A DNA stretch of 64,000 nucleotides from Styela clava. Its lineage: Eukaryota. The translations under genes and the position numbers were made by a program. Location: the NCBI RefSeq assembly GCF_964204865.1, contig NC_135260.1, positions 19,034,001-19,098,000 of the forward strand. Reading direction: 5' to 3'. Position 1 is the stretch's first letter; the number at the start of each line of letters is the position of its first letter. The notes beneath the pieces were generated by a model, which ran no database searches, had not been told where the DNA came from, and was given only the letters and a program-made list of their open reading frames with translations. Shown one piece after another: positions 1 to 14,200 of this stretch.

Positions 1-63
1 GTTAAGGTTACTTTTGAATCGTTGCGTTTGTTATTACCTTAAATATTTGTTTTTTTCTTCTAG

Positions 64-3000
64 GATCTCGTTTCAAATCTATTGATTCTCGGCCAACATA
101 TGGATGTCAGGTCACAGTTCAGGTAATTTTTTTCTCATTACATGGAATTTTTTTTCAATGTAATATTTCATGGATTTACCTGGAAAATTTTGAAAATTTC
201 CAGTTTTAATTTCTATAATATTTTTAGACTGATCAAGAAAAACAAGTATCAAAAGCATTCAGGCGAGAAGAGAAAAGATTTGCTAAGAAAGGAATGAAAA
301 ATGGAAATGATGATGGAGGAGATTCAGAAATAATGAATCCTGATTTACTGAGGGAACAAAGGTATGTTTGTGACAGTTAAGATAAATTTTCTATTGCTGG
401 TAGCCATGGAACAATTTTCTTCTTTTTGCCAGGGCTATGGCTTTACTACAAGCTGCATCTGCTCCATTGTTTTCTCAGAGAGGCAAAAGCATTGGAAATA
501 TAGAAAGATATCCTCATGTTTATGATTCACAACTCAGTGCAAAACATAGCGCAGCATTAGCTGGTGGAAAGAAGGTGTGGTTATATCCAAGTTTACGGTT
601 GTGCTCTCATACAGATCTGTTAGTGTTCATACATGTTTACCCCATACAAACAGGTCTTTTGGAACTTATTCTAGAGAAATCACAACTTTCGTGCAAAGCA
701 TCCTAGATTGCTGAAACTTTGGGTACAATTATAGGTGCTCCAGAAGTGTGTGTACCAATATATAGGTAACTAATTTTGTTCGCCAACTTCACATCAAGTT
801 GTGTAAAGGGACTGGAACCTATGGGCAGGGGGTATAATCACTTGGCTAAAACAGACAGTCCCCAAACTCGTAGTAGAACTAAAATAAGGAAAATTGGAAT
901 AAAATTGTAGCCTAACCCTCACATGGCACTAACACTACGGGTGTAACCAATTATACACAACAAAATCCAGGTGTTGGTTACTTTTTTGGGTTCTGTTTTG
1001 TTTTAGTCACCCTGTATTTTTTTAAAATTTGATGCACTACGAATGCCCAGTGACAGTTTAACACTATTCTTCTCTACCACTAAATATTTATTTCAACTCT
1101 TTCTCCAATCATGTGTTCACACTTTGACTCAGAACAAGGCCCTGTACAGGTCAGAGAATGTTGGCCTTGAAAAAGTTGATAAGATCAAATTACTGTTTTT
1201 CATGATGTTGTGTTTTGATTATATCTCAGTGCCTTTGTCACAAACCTGATATAATTTTTGTAAAATCTACGGGTTCCATGCAAGACTTTCAATAAATAAA
1301 GCAAGTTGTATTTCATTCTCATCTAGTCAAGTTATCAATCTAATCAAAAGCATTTCAGTTCAGATTTTAGTTTGATCTTTTGTTACTTAACTTGATTGTT
1401 TGTATATATTTACAGTCCTTTCGTGAAAAGTTGCATTTTCTTATGCAAATCTTCAAGCATCTTATTTCATACCCATAATTTTCTCACTTTAATATATAAA
1501 GTCTTAAATTATGTGATTTTGAGTTCCCTATAAACAGGATGACCCTCTGAAAAAATGGAACCTATAAATTTCCTTTTTACCTCCATGGAAATGTAGTAAA
1601 TTATTCAATTTTTTCTAAACTTGAACCTCTGTTTGTTTATGATTGTACCCAAAGGCACAAAAGGTATGTTGTCCGTAGAATATTCTTCAAATGCTCTTCT
1701 CGGAATTTGAAACATACTTGCATCTGCTGTGTAAAATTGTCAATCACTCGCATTCATTTGCTTCTCTTTTTCCGATTGTTGAGGCATTCGCAGTCTTCTG
1801 TTTGAAGATTGTTCTGATACACATTTTACTGCAACGCAACGTCACTGCTAGCTAAAACACTGTTAACTCAGCCTTTTCTGAAATCGCTCTCTCAGCCAGT
1901 TAAGGGTGTGGTTTGATGAGGGGGGGGGGGGGGGGGGGGGTTGCCTCGTCATGCTGGTACCCTGGGTTATTTTGATCCATTTCTCTACAATTTTCTATAC
2001 CAATTATGCCATGTTTGGAAATGATTACCCGTGCTGTGTACTTTACTGGGTGTAACGGTCTCTGTGAGACTTCTTTCGGAGGTGCTTTTTCCTGGTGGAC
2101 ATTTTTGACATGTCCTGACAGCAGAAATAGTGTGATTTATACTCTGGAATCAAGCTTGATTGTGTGAAACAATGATGCCCTGAAAATTAACATTTACAGA
2201 ATCAATTTTTTTGTTCGCAGATGACTCTACCTGAAGGATTTGAAACAAAATCAACAAAAGTTTATGAGGAAATTCGAATTCCAGTTAAATCATCTAATTT
2301 AAGATTTGATCAACCTCTGGTTAAAATTAAGGATCTTGATGAGGTAATGACTTGGTTGGTTAAGGTAGAAATTTGTTAAGGATATATGAAGCACAACCAA
2401 TGTAATTAAAACTATCCGATTTTCTAACCTGCAACTTCGAATTTCTGGGACGGTTTTCTGTATTTCCCAACATAATGATATCATCAATTGGTATGGCATG
2501 TATGGTATCGGATATTCCAAATTGATATGAAGTACCTAATTTAATTTCACGCAATCATGATGTACCGGTAGTCATTATTTGTGATTTTTTTGTAAAAAAA
2601 ATTTGAACAGAAAAGTATAATTTTGATTATTAATTTTTGATTAATTAATTTAGGTGTCTCAGCTAGCATTCAGTGGTATGAAGCAATTGAACAGAGTGCA
2701 ATCATGTGTTTACGAATCTGCATTTAAAACAAATGAAAACCTACTTATTTGTGCTCCTACTGGTGCTGGGAAAACAAATGTAGCGATGCTCACTGTGATT
2801 CGAGAAATTAAAAGAAACATTGTCGAAGGAGTGATTCAGAAAGACAAGTTCAAGGTAAGTCCTAGTAAGATATGATACATATTTATCCCGAGGAATGCCG
2901 ATAAGATGTCTTAATCATATGGTGAACCACGAACTCTCGTCTGGTTACCAGTCCATGTCGGGTATGGGATTAGTTAGCTAGTTATTTGTTTTCAGGTGCA

Positions 3001-5258
3001 TGGACTTGAATAGAATAAATAGCTACTTTACATATTCTTCATCACAAAGTTAAAATATGAGTTTATGAATAATTTTGTACCTACGTACAGTTATAGGTAC
3101 AAAATTAGGGTTTGTTATGTCTTATGTTACTTTCTTGTATTGTCATGAACAGCATGGTTAATGAGGGACCTGTTGTTAGTGAGTTTAATGCAGAAGAATA
3201 CCTGTTTGAATTCCATCACTGTCTACACACACATGGTTTTCGTAAACCATGTCCTGGATAAAAGCTAAAAGTTATTAGAAGTTCTGGATAAACAGTTATT
3301 TGGACATGAAGCTACTGAATTAGGAATGAACTGAAACTATTATCAATTAATTATTTAATTAATTACCCATAAATTAGTTTCGTTGTTCCACAAATACTGC
3401 AACCATTTGTTAATTAATTTATGCAAAATATTTAATAAAATATTGAATATATATTCTAGATTGTGTACGTTGCTCCAATGAAAGCTCTCGCTGCTGAAAT
3501 GACAAGAAACTTTGGAGGTCGGTTGGAATCACTTGGTGTCAAAGTTCGAGAGTTGACTGGTGATATGCAGCTGACAAAAAGTGAAATTATTGATACTCAG
3601 GTAACCTTTATTTTGTGTAATTTTCCTTTTTCAATATCCATCATTCTTTTTCCATGATTATTAATTGGTACATCCTTAGCTAAATTTCATATGTCATAAG
3701 TTTCATACACTTTCATACACAATAAATGTTCAGATCAATGCAACATGTTCTGAAATAAATATTTTCATTTCCACTTACTTACTACCTACAATCATAAACC
3801 AACTGCGAATATTTTAAATTTGAATTATGATGAATTACCAGACTAAACAACTAGCAAAGTTTATGTGTCTCAAGCATCATTTTTGATTGTGTAATGCTTT
3901 TTCAATCTGACTGTTTGTTCATGATTTTTGTTGGCAAGTTTCCTGAAAACGAAGACAACCCAGCAACTTACCGTATTTCCCAGCTAATAAGTCTACCTGG
4001 CAAATGAGACGAAGCCTATTTTCAGCATTAAAAAAAGAGGTTAGAAAAGTGACTTAATAGCCGGGAAATACAGTATTATCCCCTTTTTCTACATTATTTC
4101 TCGTTTCAAGAACCTGTATTTTTCAGTTTTTTTTGTGGTGACAATTTCTGTCACTCTTTCAAATCTTCGTGATGAAATATTTTTTTGATGCATTTATTCA
4201 ATATTTCTCAGTATTTATAATATATTGCATCATGGTCCAGTTACTATACCGTTTTTTAATGAAAATCAAATCAGATGCTCATAACAACACCCGAGAAGTG
4301 GGATGTGGTGACTCGTAAAGCAGTTGGTGACACAGCACTTGCTCAACTTGTTCGTCTTCTCATCATTGATGAAGTTCATCTACTGCATGATGAACGTGGA
4401 CCTGTGCTTGAAACATTGGTTGCCAGGACATTACGACAGGTAGAAATCCTTGGAAGATTGGTTTCATCTGGTGTATTATTGTGATATTGGATAACTCTAA
4501 AAATACCATGAAAATCATATAGGATTTGCTTTTGGAATGTTTGTCTGTGCCAAATTAGAACTAATCTAGTGTTTGACATCATTGTTACTGATTAATTGTC
4601 ATGTTTTGGAACAGAGGTCCTCAAATTTTTTTCCCCAGCGGACTGGTAACATCAAATGATGAGCAGAATGTCGCAGAAATTGCTCTTTCAGACTCATGTG
4701 GACTAAAGCATGTATTTGTAGATCCTTGGAATTTATAACTTACAAGGATCAACAAAAAGGATTTCGCGATAGATTTGGAACTGAAAAGTGTGAATAATCC
4801 CATCCAATACACCGCCGGGCAACCAATACAATGCTTGTCAAACACCCAAATTAATAATGGATGAGAAATGGCTAAATAAACTTTTCAGTAATCAAGCGGT
4901 TACGCTGGCAAAAAATAACAAAACAACAAAATTTTCGGGTATTGGTGAAGAGATTGTGCAGACCATCAGTTGGGAACCACTGTTTCAACACTCATTAAAT
5001 TTATAGCTTTTATTTGAAAGATATTTATGATAAGCAGGCTAAATTATTTGAACAAAGGGAAGAAGCAATGCATACTGAGAATTTCTCACAAGTCACAATT
5101 TTCCATAGCCTGCGTTGGCTCTCACTCTTTTTTCATTATTTTTTTGTTATTCTAACTTTGAAACAGGTTGAAACTCAACAGAGCATGATCAGAATTGTCG
5201 GACTCTCTGCTACACTGCCGAATTATCTTGATGTTGCAAGCTTCCTGAGAGTAAACCC
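64..5258 (+). CDS. ASCC3: ASCC3 exon block 1 (N-terminal region and RecA1 of the first cassette)
   Basis: 8 exons; Walker A APTGAGKT in 2654-2854, DEVH in 4275-4439, GLSATLPNY in 5167-5258 ending in a phase-2 donor (CC|gtgagt). Confidence 0.95.
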
Positions 5259-8200
5259 GTGAGTTGGTATCTTTTTATAGTTAATATAGGTTATTGATAA
5301 AGTATAAAATTTTATTTATTTTCGATTTTTACATATTATATTTTCCTAAAAAATCTGTGGGCACAGGTATATAGCTCATTTAGCGCAAACTGTTTTGATA
5401 TTGAAACTTGAGAGATTGAGAAGGAGCTTTTAAACTTAGTAGTGGCTGCTTGGCTATTGCTTTGATTGGGATGTAAATTGAAAAGGATATGTCTAACTGA
5501 AAAGCCATCATTTCCTCTGAAACATAGTAACTAAATATATCTAACCCTATCAGAATCTCATTTGGAGGTCACATGTGAAATGGGTAAGGTAGTGAACTGG
5601 AATGAGCAGCTCACTGGTTTCAAGTTTCGGTTAATGTCAATCCTTGTTTGCATCTTACATGTCAGACATCTCATAATATAATAACTTGAAGTTTGTGGTT
5701 CACAAGTATTTGGGGTGCATATATAAACAATATAACACAGGATGGTCAAACTGTGGGCCGCGGGCCGCAAGCGGCTTGCAGAACAATTTACAGTACCAAA
5801 CCATTGGCAGATATTGTATTTATTAGCAGAACAATTTAGATTTATTCCAACTGGGAATAGTTCTTTTCCTAATCCCGATGTCCGGATTGATGTCTGTCAC
5901 TTTGCGCCACGCGATCCATTTTTTTATATGAATTCGAGGTTCCAACTTAGACGGACTTGGTTGTTTTTTGACGACAGCACTATGCATGCTCACACTACAA
6001 GTAATGAAATTTTTCAAATATAACAATTCATCATACAAAGAGTGTAGAAAAAGTGTGTCCGAAGCAAACTGAGGGGAAATGTATTTCCTTACCCACACCA
6101 ACGGCAAACCACAGTGGCTGGTGTGCTTTTTAGTAATAACCGTCATGAATGAATATACGATAATTTTAGGCGACATTACAAAACCAAACACGAGAAAAGA
6201 GACCAAAAATACCACAATATTTCTCAGGAAGCAGTTTCAAAATAAATAAAGGCTTTATATAGTTATCTTGAAAAACTGATTAGAATGCTGAACTCTCATT
6301 CTTAAATATATTTAAAGTGAGTAAACTCGCGATGTTTTGATTACTTTTGGGTTTTTTCAGACTGCGGCCTGCGAGACTTCCCAAAAGTTTTTGCTGTCCT
6401 TAGACCTCGCAACCTTGGACCACCCTGAATAACATACGGTAATATAAATAATGAATAATAGCCCAAAAAAGGGAATAACACTCCATTGACATTCCATCTG
6501 CCGGTCCAGAAGCGATCTTTTAAAAAATACTGCTTGGAATTGTTGCTCACTGGATAGTTGACAATCTTTTACTCAGGAAATTTCATTGAATTTCCATTTT
6601 CCAAAGAACAGGCTTGTAAATCATTTTGTTTAACTGAGGGTCTTTGTCATCTTTGAGGTTGCTACATAAGTTTGAACCTTGATTAGGGTTTTATACTATA
6701 GTTCATTGAAACTGAAACTGAACTGTGTTGCTTTCTTGTTGCATCTTTCTCCCTATAATGCTTTGATTGCAAATCGTTAAACTTGTTGCATACATCAAAC
6801 AATAATATTCTTCGAATTTGCATTTTGGCTCATGTGAATAAAACCAAGTCGATATGTTTTCATCTCTACATCTTCCACTGAAAAAGTTTGTATTATTACC
6901 TGGAAATCTGATTGTTGCAGAATATTCCTGACTGCCTGCCTTTTCTGTTGTAGGGCTATGATGCATTTTTTAACAATAAAACAACTGCAATATTGCTTTA
7001 TTTGGACGCTTCCAGGTAATTCTCAATGACCCTTCTGGTTGTATTCATCACTTGGAATGTTTTTGTTCTTGTCGGCAAAAATATTTATTTTTCCAATATG
7101 AATATCAATATTACTTTACGCATATGAAATATCATGATTATGGTAATAAAAATGCAATTACAATTATTCAAATTATAGTTGAGTAATAGGATTTTTCTTC
7201 TAACTTGGTAGAGTCATAATTGTGAATTACCTTAATGTAATTTGATTATTTAAACTAGTGCTTCCTTACCAAACTGTGCACTGTGGACCACTCCAAATGT
7301 TGAAATATTATCCCACATCCCATTCTCTAAAACATTACGTAATATCCACAAGAAGGACTGGAAATATTTTTCAGATGTTGAATAAAATTACTTTATGAAG
7401 AATCTGATTATACAGAAAAATGATTTTTTTAGACCTTTTGGGCCTGAATATTCTTCTTGTGACACTTGCATGTTATCTGCTGTATTTTGAATCTAACTAA
7501 TCTTCTTTTCAAATAATAGCCACGCATTAGAACAATTCAGAATCCCATTTATTTTTATATAATTTGGGATCCTTTTTGCTATGAATGGATAAGAAATCTG
7601 TTTTTTAATAAAAATCCCACCTTTATACTTAATGTCACATTGAGTTGTTAATGATAAATTGAAGTGTATCATGGTGCGACTACTTACTGAATATTGGATT
7701 GAAACAACATTCTATACCTGTATATAGGCAAGCACATGCTGAGAAGTTCAATTCGTTTGACACCACGATTGGTTGGGTTTTGCGCTCTTGTATTAAAAAT
7801 TGACATTGACAAAAGTAAGACTACCAATCGGACATTCATTCTTTTTCTTGTCATAATTCAATGCTAATATAATGTTCAATTTTCTTTCCAGTATCAGCGG
7901 AACTTTGAATATTCGAGATAAATATATAAAAATTTTCAGCTCATCTCATTGATCATAAACAGGTTGCATATGAGATATTCAGCAGCTTGATGACTGAATA
8001 GATTCAATTATTTTTCCATATTTTTATATCTTCCGGGTGTTGTGATGGTACCTAATTTGAAAGCATATTTGCATTTCCTAGTACTGTAGTTAATAGGGTA
8101 TCTTCTTATTCATTATATACTAGAATACCCGAGATTCATAGTCAATTTATAATGATGATCTAACCATATGGATCTGATGTGATAAGCATAAGCAGAAACA

Positions 8201-11200
8201 TTTTTTTTTCAAAGTTGCTGGAAGTTGACTAGTTTTGGGTTATCATCACAAATATCGTTAATACTATCCCCTATCTATCAATCTTTGAATTGGGAATGAT
8301 TTATCCACCAATAAAATTTCCGCAAGATCAAAATTGAAATAAATAATGTTGTTCCTATTTGATATTATTGTCCAAATATATAACACTGAATAAATATATC
8401 ATATACAACTATTACTAAAGAGATTAAAATTATAGTTTCTTATCACATTAATATCTCATGAATATCTATCCATTGCAAGCGTTTTTTTTGTTTTTTTGCA
8501 ACTGGTAATCATTATTTTATTCATTGAATCGTTGAATCTTTCATCCCAAAACAAAGATTCCACTTGAGCTCCTAATCAATATTAGGGGAGTGATATTAAT
8601 CATACTTACTTTCCATCTGGAAAGTTTCTGGTCTGTTTAATTTAATCAGTTGTTCCCGTCAAGCGGTTATTAATAATTATAGAGGAAGTTATCATTTAGC
8701 TTTCTATTGTTACCTCAAAATATTATATATTGAATTAAATTTATCCCACATAACAGCACTATATCAATATTTTTTGTATTTGTTGTTTATTATCATTCAC
8801 ACAACAAAACTACGATATTTTTAAATGGGTTAAATAATTTAACATTGTACGAACTCAGAAACTTGACTTGTATTTCTTGTAATTTTATAAAACTTTTTGT
8901 TATCATAATACCAAAGTATAATCAAGCCTCATGCCTTGTCCCATTTCTTCAATTAATTTTGTTAATTCACATTCTTATTGGTATATCTTCTGTTTGAATT
9001 CATTCGTTACAATAAGAGAGGTAGCATTTCGAATTTTACAGAATTCTAGTGAGGTTAGACATAAATAGAACTTGATTGGAAAAAAATCATTCTGTTATTT
9101 GGGTAGCTTGCTTGTACTATACTTGGATAAACGATTACGGTAGCTTATAATGAGGGTATAGATTTTTTATAGGAATTTTGAAATAAAAAAATGTCTAGAT
9201 ACTGATATGTATCAGTTTTTGCTTTTGTTTGAGAAATCCTTCAGTCTTCAATACTTTATATTTTCTCCATTCAGTACATTTTAGTACATTGCATAGACAT
9301 CCAATGTTATATGTATAGTATATTTTATGTTCTCTTTTGATTGTTTTTGCTCGTTATTGAAGTCTCAATATTTCCTGTTTAATTCATTCATCTGTCTGAG
9401 TTTTTATGGATTGATCACGATTCTTGATAAATTCATCTTAGTGGTGGAAGCACAACATGATTTTTCCACCCCTGGTTATTGTCTCAAATATTTTCATATA
9501 CTTCACCATTTGGCAAATTTTCATACAGACTATCGTCAGTTCTTAAATTTTCGTAAGACAGAGCAGCAGTTGGTGTCACTTCATATTCTCCTTCAGCTGT
9601 TGTGGGATCATAATTTTCATAGGTGGCGGGTTGTTCCACATGTGTACTGTTTGCTGGTTCGACATGTACTTCAAAGCTTTCTTCATCTTTACTAGTTTTT
9701 GATTGTTTTCTTTTATTGTACCTATGTTGTAAAATATCAACCTAAATCAACCACTTCACACTTGCAGTAGAAAATTAATGTTGAAGCATAAATTTTATTG
9801 CACTTGCATGGTTATTAGGATGTTTACAAGCTATGGTTTTCGGAGCCATCCCATCAAACATAAATTTTAAAAGATGTTTAATTTTGAGATACACTTAGAA
9901 AATCTTTATGACCTACTGATGGCCGTGGCTGTGCGCTATTTTCTACTGAGTAACAGGCAAGATACTCATTTTAGTTTCATATTACTACCTTTGATGTTTA
10001 TTAGACAATTTATTCAGGCCACAAAAAGATTTCCAATTTTCTTGTTAATTTAAAAAAATGTTTTTCGTCATATTCTCTTCCGAATGTGCAATTTACATGT
10101 AGAAGTGTTTATAGGTAATACATTTGATAACCTCTCAATATGAATTACCTGAACAGTACATATGCAAAAATTGCTATCAACAGCAGTGTTGCAATAGCTA
10201 CTGGTACAATGATGACCACAAGATTCCCTCCTTGTGTACCCACAGTCGATGGTCCAGTTGTCATTGCTACAAAATAATATATCTTGATTAGCACTGATAT
10301 TTCTGTCTTGGCTCGGACAAATGAAAAAACATGCTTTCAGGTTTTTGATGTACCAATTCATTTTGGTATGGAGTAGTGTACTAAGTATTAATTGAACACT
10401 ATTTACTGAAATTTTCACTTGTGTTTTGTTAAATATGAAAACACTGCTCATAATACCAGATTTGTCGGCCAGATTTCTGCTTGTTGATGATACTTCTAAT
10501 GCAGTTGAGAGTGCATCAGCTGATTGAAGATTAATAATAAGTTATTATATGGAATTTTTATTTCATATCTACACTAAATCAATTATTGGTATATATACAA
10601 AGGCTGACAGAAACTAAAAGTTGCCAGAATTTTCATACAGACTGATTCAGATGAAATGGTAGAAGAAAATAGAACAGTACAAAAGTTTTAAAATAGTTTT
10701 TTCATTGATGCATCAGTGTGAAGGGAGAAGGATATCAAAGACTATTACAACATAAATAAATAATTCTGAAAAATAAAAAAGATAATATTGGGTTTGGATT
10801 AATATTATTTGATAGGAATTTCATGCTGATTTTGGGATCATTTCAGATTTTATTATTGCTGGAACAAAAATGTATCATTGAGGATAGTAGATTGAGTTCG
10901 TTATGGCAGAGGGAAAACTGAAATATGCATTATTCATTATGTTATTCATTCAATGCATGTACTTTTGCCCCAAACATTCTATGTTCAAACTAGGCTGTGG
11001 TGACCAGTTCTGTGAATTTGTTGTAAAACACATTCAAATACTTACCTGAGCAATTTATCACTAAATACTGGATTATAAAAGATTTTGAGAGTTCTGGGAA
11101 AATCAAATTGTATTCTATTTGAGTTGTCTTATTTTTCCATGAGTGAAAAGAAGTACATGTATGGTTGTCATATGGTATCTTTGTCTTGACATTGCTGTCG

Positions 11201-14200
11201 TTACAGACAGTTGAATTAGTTGCAAACATGAGACAATAATTTTTCTTGAAATCACATTCGTATTCCTCAGTTTCTAAATAGAATTCAATTTATTAAATAT
11301 TTTCAACAGCATTCTTCGAAACATATATTCAAAATACCTCAATTATTTCTGATGTATTTTGTGAAAATATGGGTTTATCAAGATTATAACTGTGTTAATT
11401 GTAATAATATTGGCTTGGTGATAAAAGCATCTTATGCAAAAAGTTGTTAGTGATCCTCTATCCTCCCTGTTTATTACTGTCTGGATAAACAAGGTTTTAT
11501 AAAATATTACTCCTCAATTTCTAACTTAGTCTTGAATAACAAAAAGTTTGTTGCACTTGGGTATCTGAACATCAAGTAAGGTTAGCTGAATCTTGAGCAA
11601 CAGATATAATTTCTATAAGGTTAGGTGATTAATGCTTTATTTATTTAGACTAACACTTTCTTCTATATTAATTATAAAGCACAATGGCACATCTAAGAAT
11701 CCCCCATTAGACTCTATTGTGCCGCACAGTATGGGTCCACAAGAACCATTAAGGATGGTCGAATTGCGTCTACATAAAAAAAATTTTCTGTCTATTCATT
11801 GTAATAGAGCTATTACAATGTTACTTTGAATCCATTGGATTTTAATCGTTTACAATTGCACGTCAGGGAAGTATTTAAAAATACCATCCTCCACATCTAA
11901 ATATAAAATTACCTGGAAATCTTAACTTCGCACTACATTCATTTAAATCCTTAAGAAATGAGGCATTGGTCAACACTAAAACGACTGCGATATCATTTAC
12001 TTGAACAGTTTCTGGTATTATCCATTGACAATCACAGTTGGATTGCGTACTTGAACCATGTGTAATATTTTTACTTTGATCACCAAGAATGATGTTTTTT
12101 AGGCAGTCTGTGCATTGAGCTGCAACGGCATCTTGAACCATTTTTTCTAAAAAAAAAAATTATTTTTACCTTATCTGTCTACATAATTTATATAAATATC
12201 CTCCACCACTGTATGTACTTATTCGATGCATACTGGAACATTTGGTCCAAATTTGAGTTAATGGTATTGTTTGAAATCTCTATTTTACTCCCAACATCGT
12301 CAGATAGATATCTGATTATGTTTTAATTGTTTGCATAGTTCTACAAAAATTGAAACAAATTGTATTTACGGATAAAAGAACTAATAATAAACTGAAATGA
12401 TCTATTTCTGTTGATCTATTAAGAACCTGAGAACATATGCTTACCAACAAGCAATAATAGCAAAATCAGCCTCCATATATTCGATCTATTTTTGATAGAA
12501 GCTGTAGTTTCATTCATTCTGAAAAATCAATACAATATTCAGAAAGTAAGTTATAATCATGGAATATACTTTACTTGAATTCAATAGGAAAGCAACGCTT
12601 AAATATATGAATGTGAAGAGCACGCATCGGTACTGATATGGTAAGGCCTTGAACTTCAGAGTACGGAACTTGCCGAAAAGATTGATAGACAAGCTTAGCG
12701 TAAAAGGGGTTTACTTCAATTAAAGAAAAATGCAGGAGGGATAACCAGTACCCTTTTTGCGGCTTCTGCCATCTTCATGTACTGATAATTTCAAATCGAT
12801 CGGTATATTTTTCCAGTAACAACCATAACTCCAACAACGATAACAATAACATGAACCGAATATTTTGGGAGATAGTCTCACATGGAGGGGTTGCTGGTCT
12901 TTATGCCATACGCCTAACCACTTTCAAACCTGGTAAAACTTACCTATTTTTATATTTGACGTGGACTGATATGTGATGAAAAAGTTTTTAATCATACACT
13001 TTTTTTCTAAGATTATCTAATCCTGTCTTTATGGTTTAACAAAAATTATTCGCTCTTGGTTTCTACTGTCTATCAGCCTGGTTTTAAATTAGATAACTTT
13101 TCCTTTATCATTCGAATGTGCATGTCTTGTGTAGCTGCACTACAAATTATACTTGCAGGCAAAGGCCCGATATGCGCCCGACAGAGTCCCCCTACCTGTC
13201 CCCCTAACTATACTAGTTAAAAGAGTGGGATTATTCCATGGCAAATCAAATTAGGAAGGTTTTGGTTTTTCTGTACTCAACTGTACCTCTAGGTATCTTT
13301 TTGTGCAGAGCCATTTATAGGGTATTAAACATTCAAAATGGTGATTAATAACATTTAATTTGTAAGGTTCTAAATTCCAGTTTGGATGGTTCCGGCATAC
13401 AAAATATGGTAACATAAACCATAAAGTCAATAACATAGGTTCAACAATTATTCATAGTTTCTTTTCTGGGTCATCTAATTTTTAAATGACATCTAAGTTA
13501 TGATACTCATTCGCTCATTTCTTTTTAGTACTAGAGCTAATATTTTTCCTGACTTTACCCTGACCTGCTTTAATACTTTCATCTAGAATGGAGTCATTTC
13601 CTCACATTAGCTGTGATGCCAATGCTGCTATTTTTGAATATTACTATACCAGTTGAAAAAGCTAGACAATGCAATGAATAAATTGCTTGACTCATATGAC
13701 GATGTCAAATATAAAATATCCTTCATACTGGGTATTTGCCATTAACGAAGTTCAGCCATTTATTTGATTGAGTTCGTCTCATTCTGCATTGAATTCAAAA
13801 TTTTCTATGCATTGCTGTTGCATTTGCCTGACTCATAAATTTTTTTGTGCTAAATGTATTTTATTAGTGATATGCATATTTATTATAAGTACAATAATAA
13901 TGATCAATCAAAACGAAGGAACAGACACATTGTTGCTTTTCATAATAACAAAATAGGATATAAGCAATCATCACGCAGTTCTTCGCTTATATATGACAAT
14001 ATTGGCATATGTCTTATTCAGTGTGATGTTTAATAAACATTTCTACTAAATATTAATTTCAGATATTAAAATTTAAATTGATATATATGTGGAAAATATT
14101 GAATACGTCTTCGTAGATTTATGGGTGTTAACTTTCCATTACGTGTCCCGTACTGGAGTAATTCACATGTTGAAATATTTTCTGAAGTTATAACTGCCCA

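Noticed and set aside
9327-9695. Plus-strand ORFs at 9327-9695, 15124-15426 and 15868-16086
   Set aside because: Antisense shadows of receptor exons with no coding signature of their own.
10068-10451. 127-aa Cys-rich minus-strand ORF as an EGF-like protein
   Set aside because: It is an off-frame reading of the gene A TM exon plus intron; the spliced frame gives the TM helix.
12515-12530. Splice acceptors immediately upstream of the ATG in genes A, B and C as evidence of SL trans-splicing or an operon
   Set aside because: Plausible cis donors lie upstream (e.g. AG|GTAAGT near 12944, AG|GTAATT near 19955), so ordinary 5'-UTR introns explain them; undecidable without transcripts.
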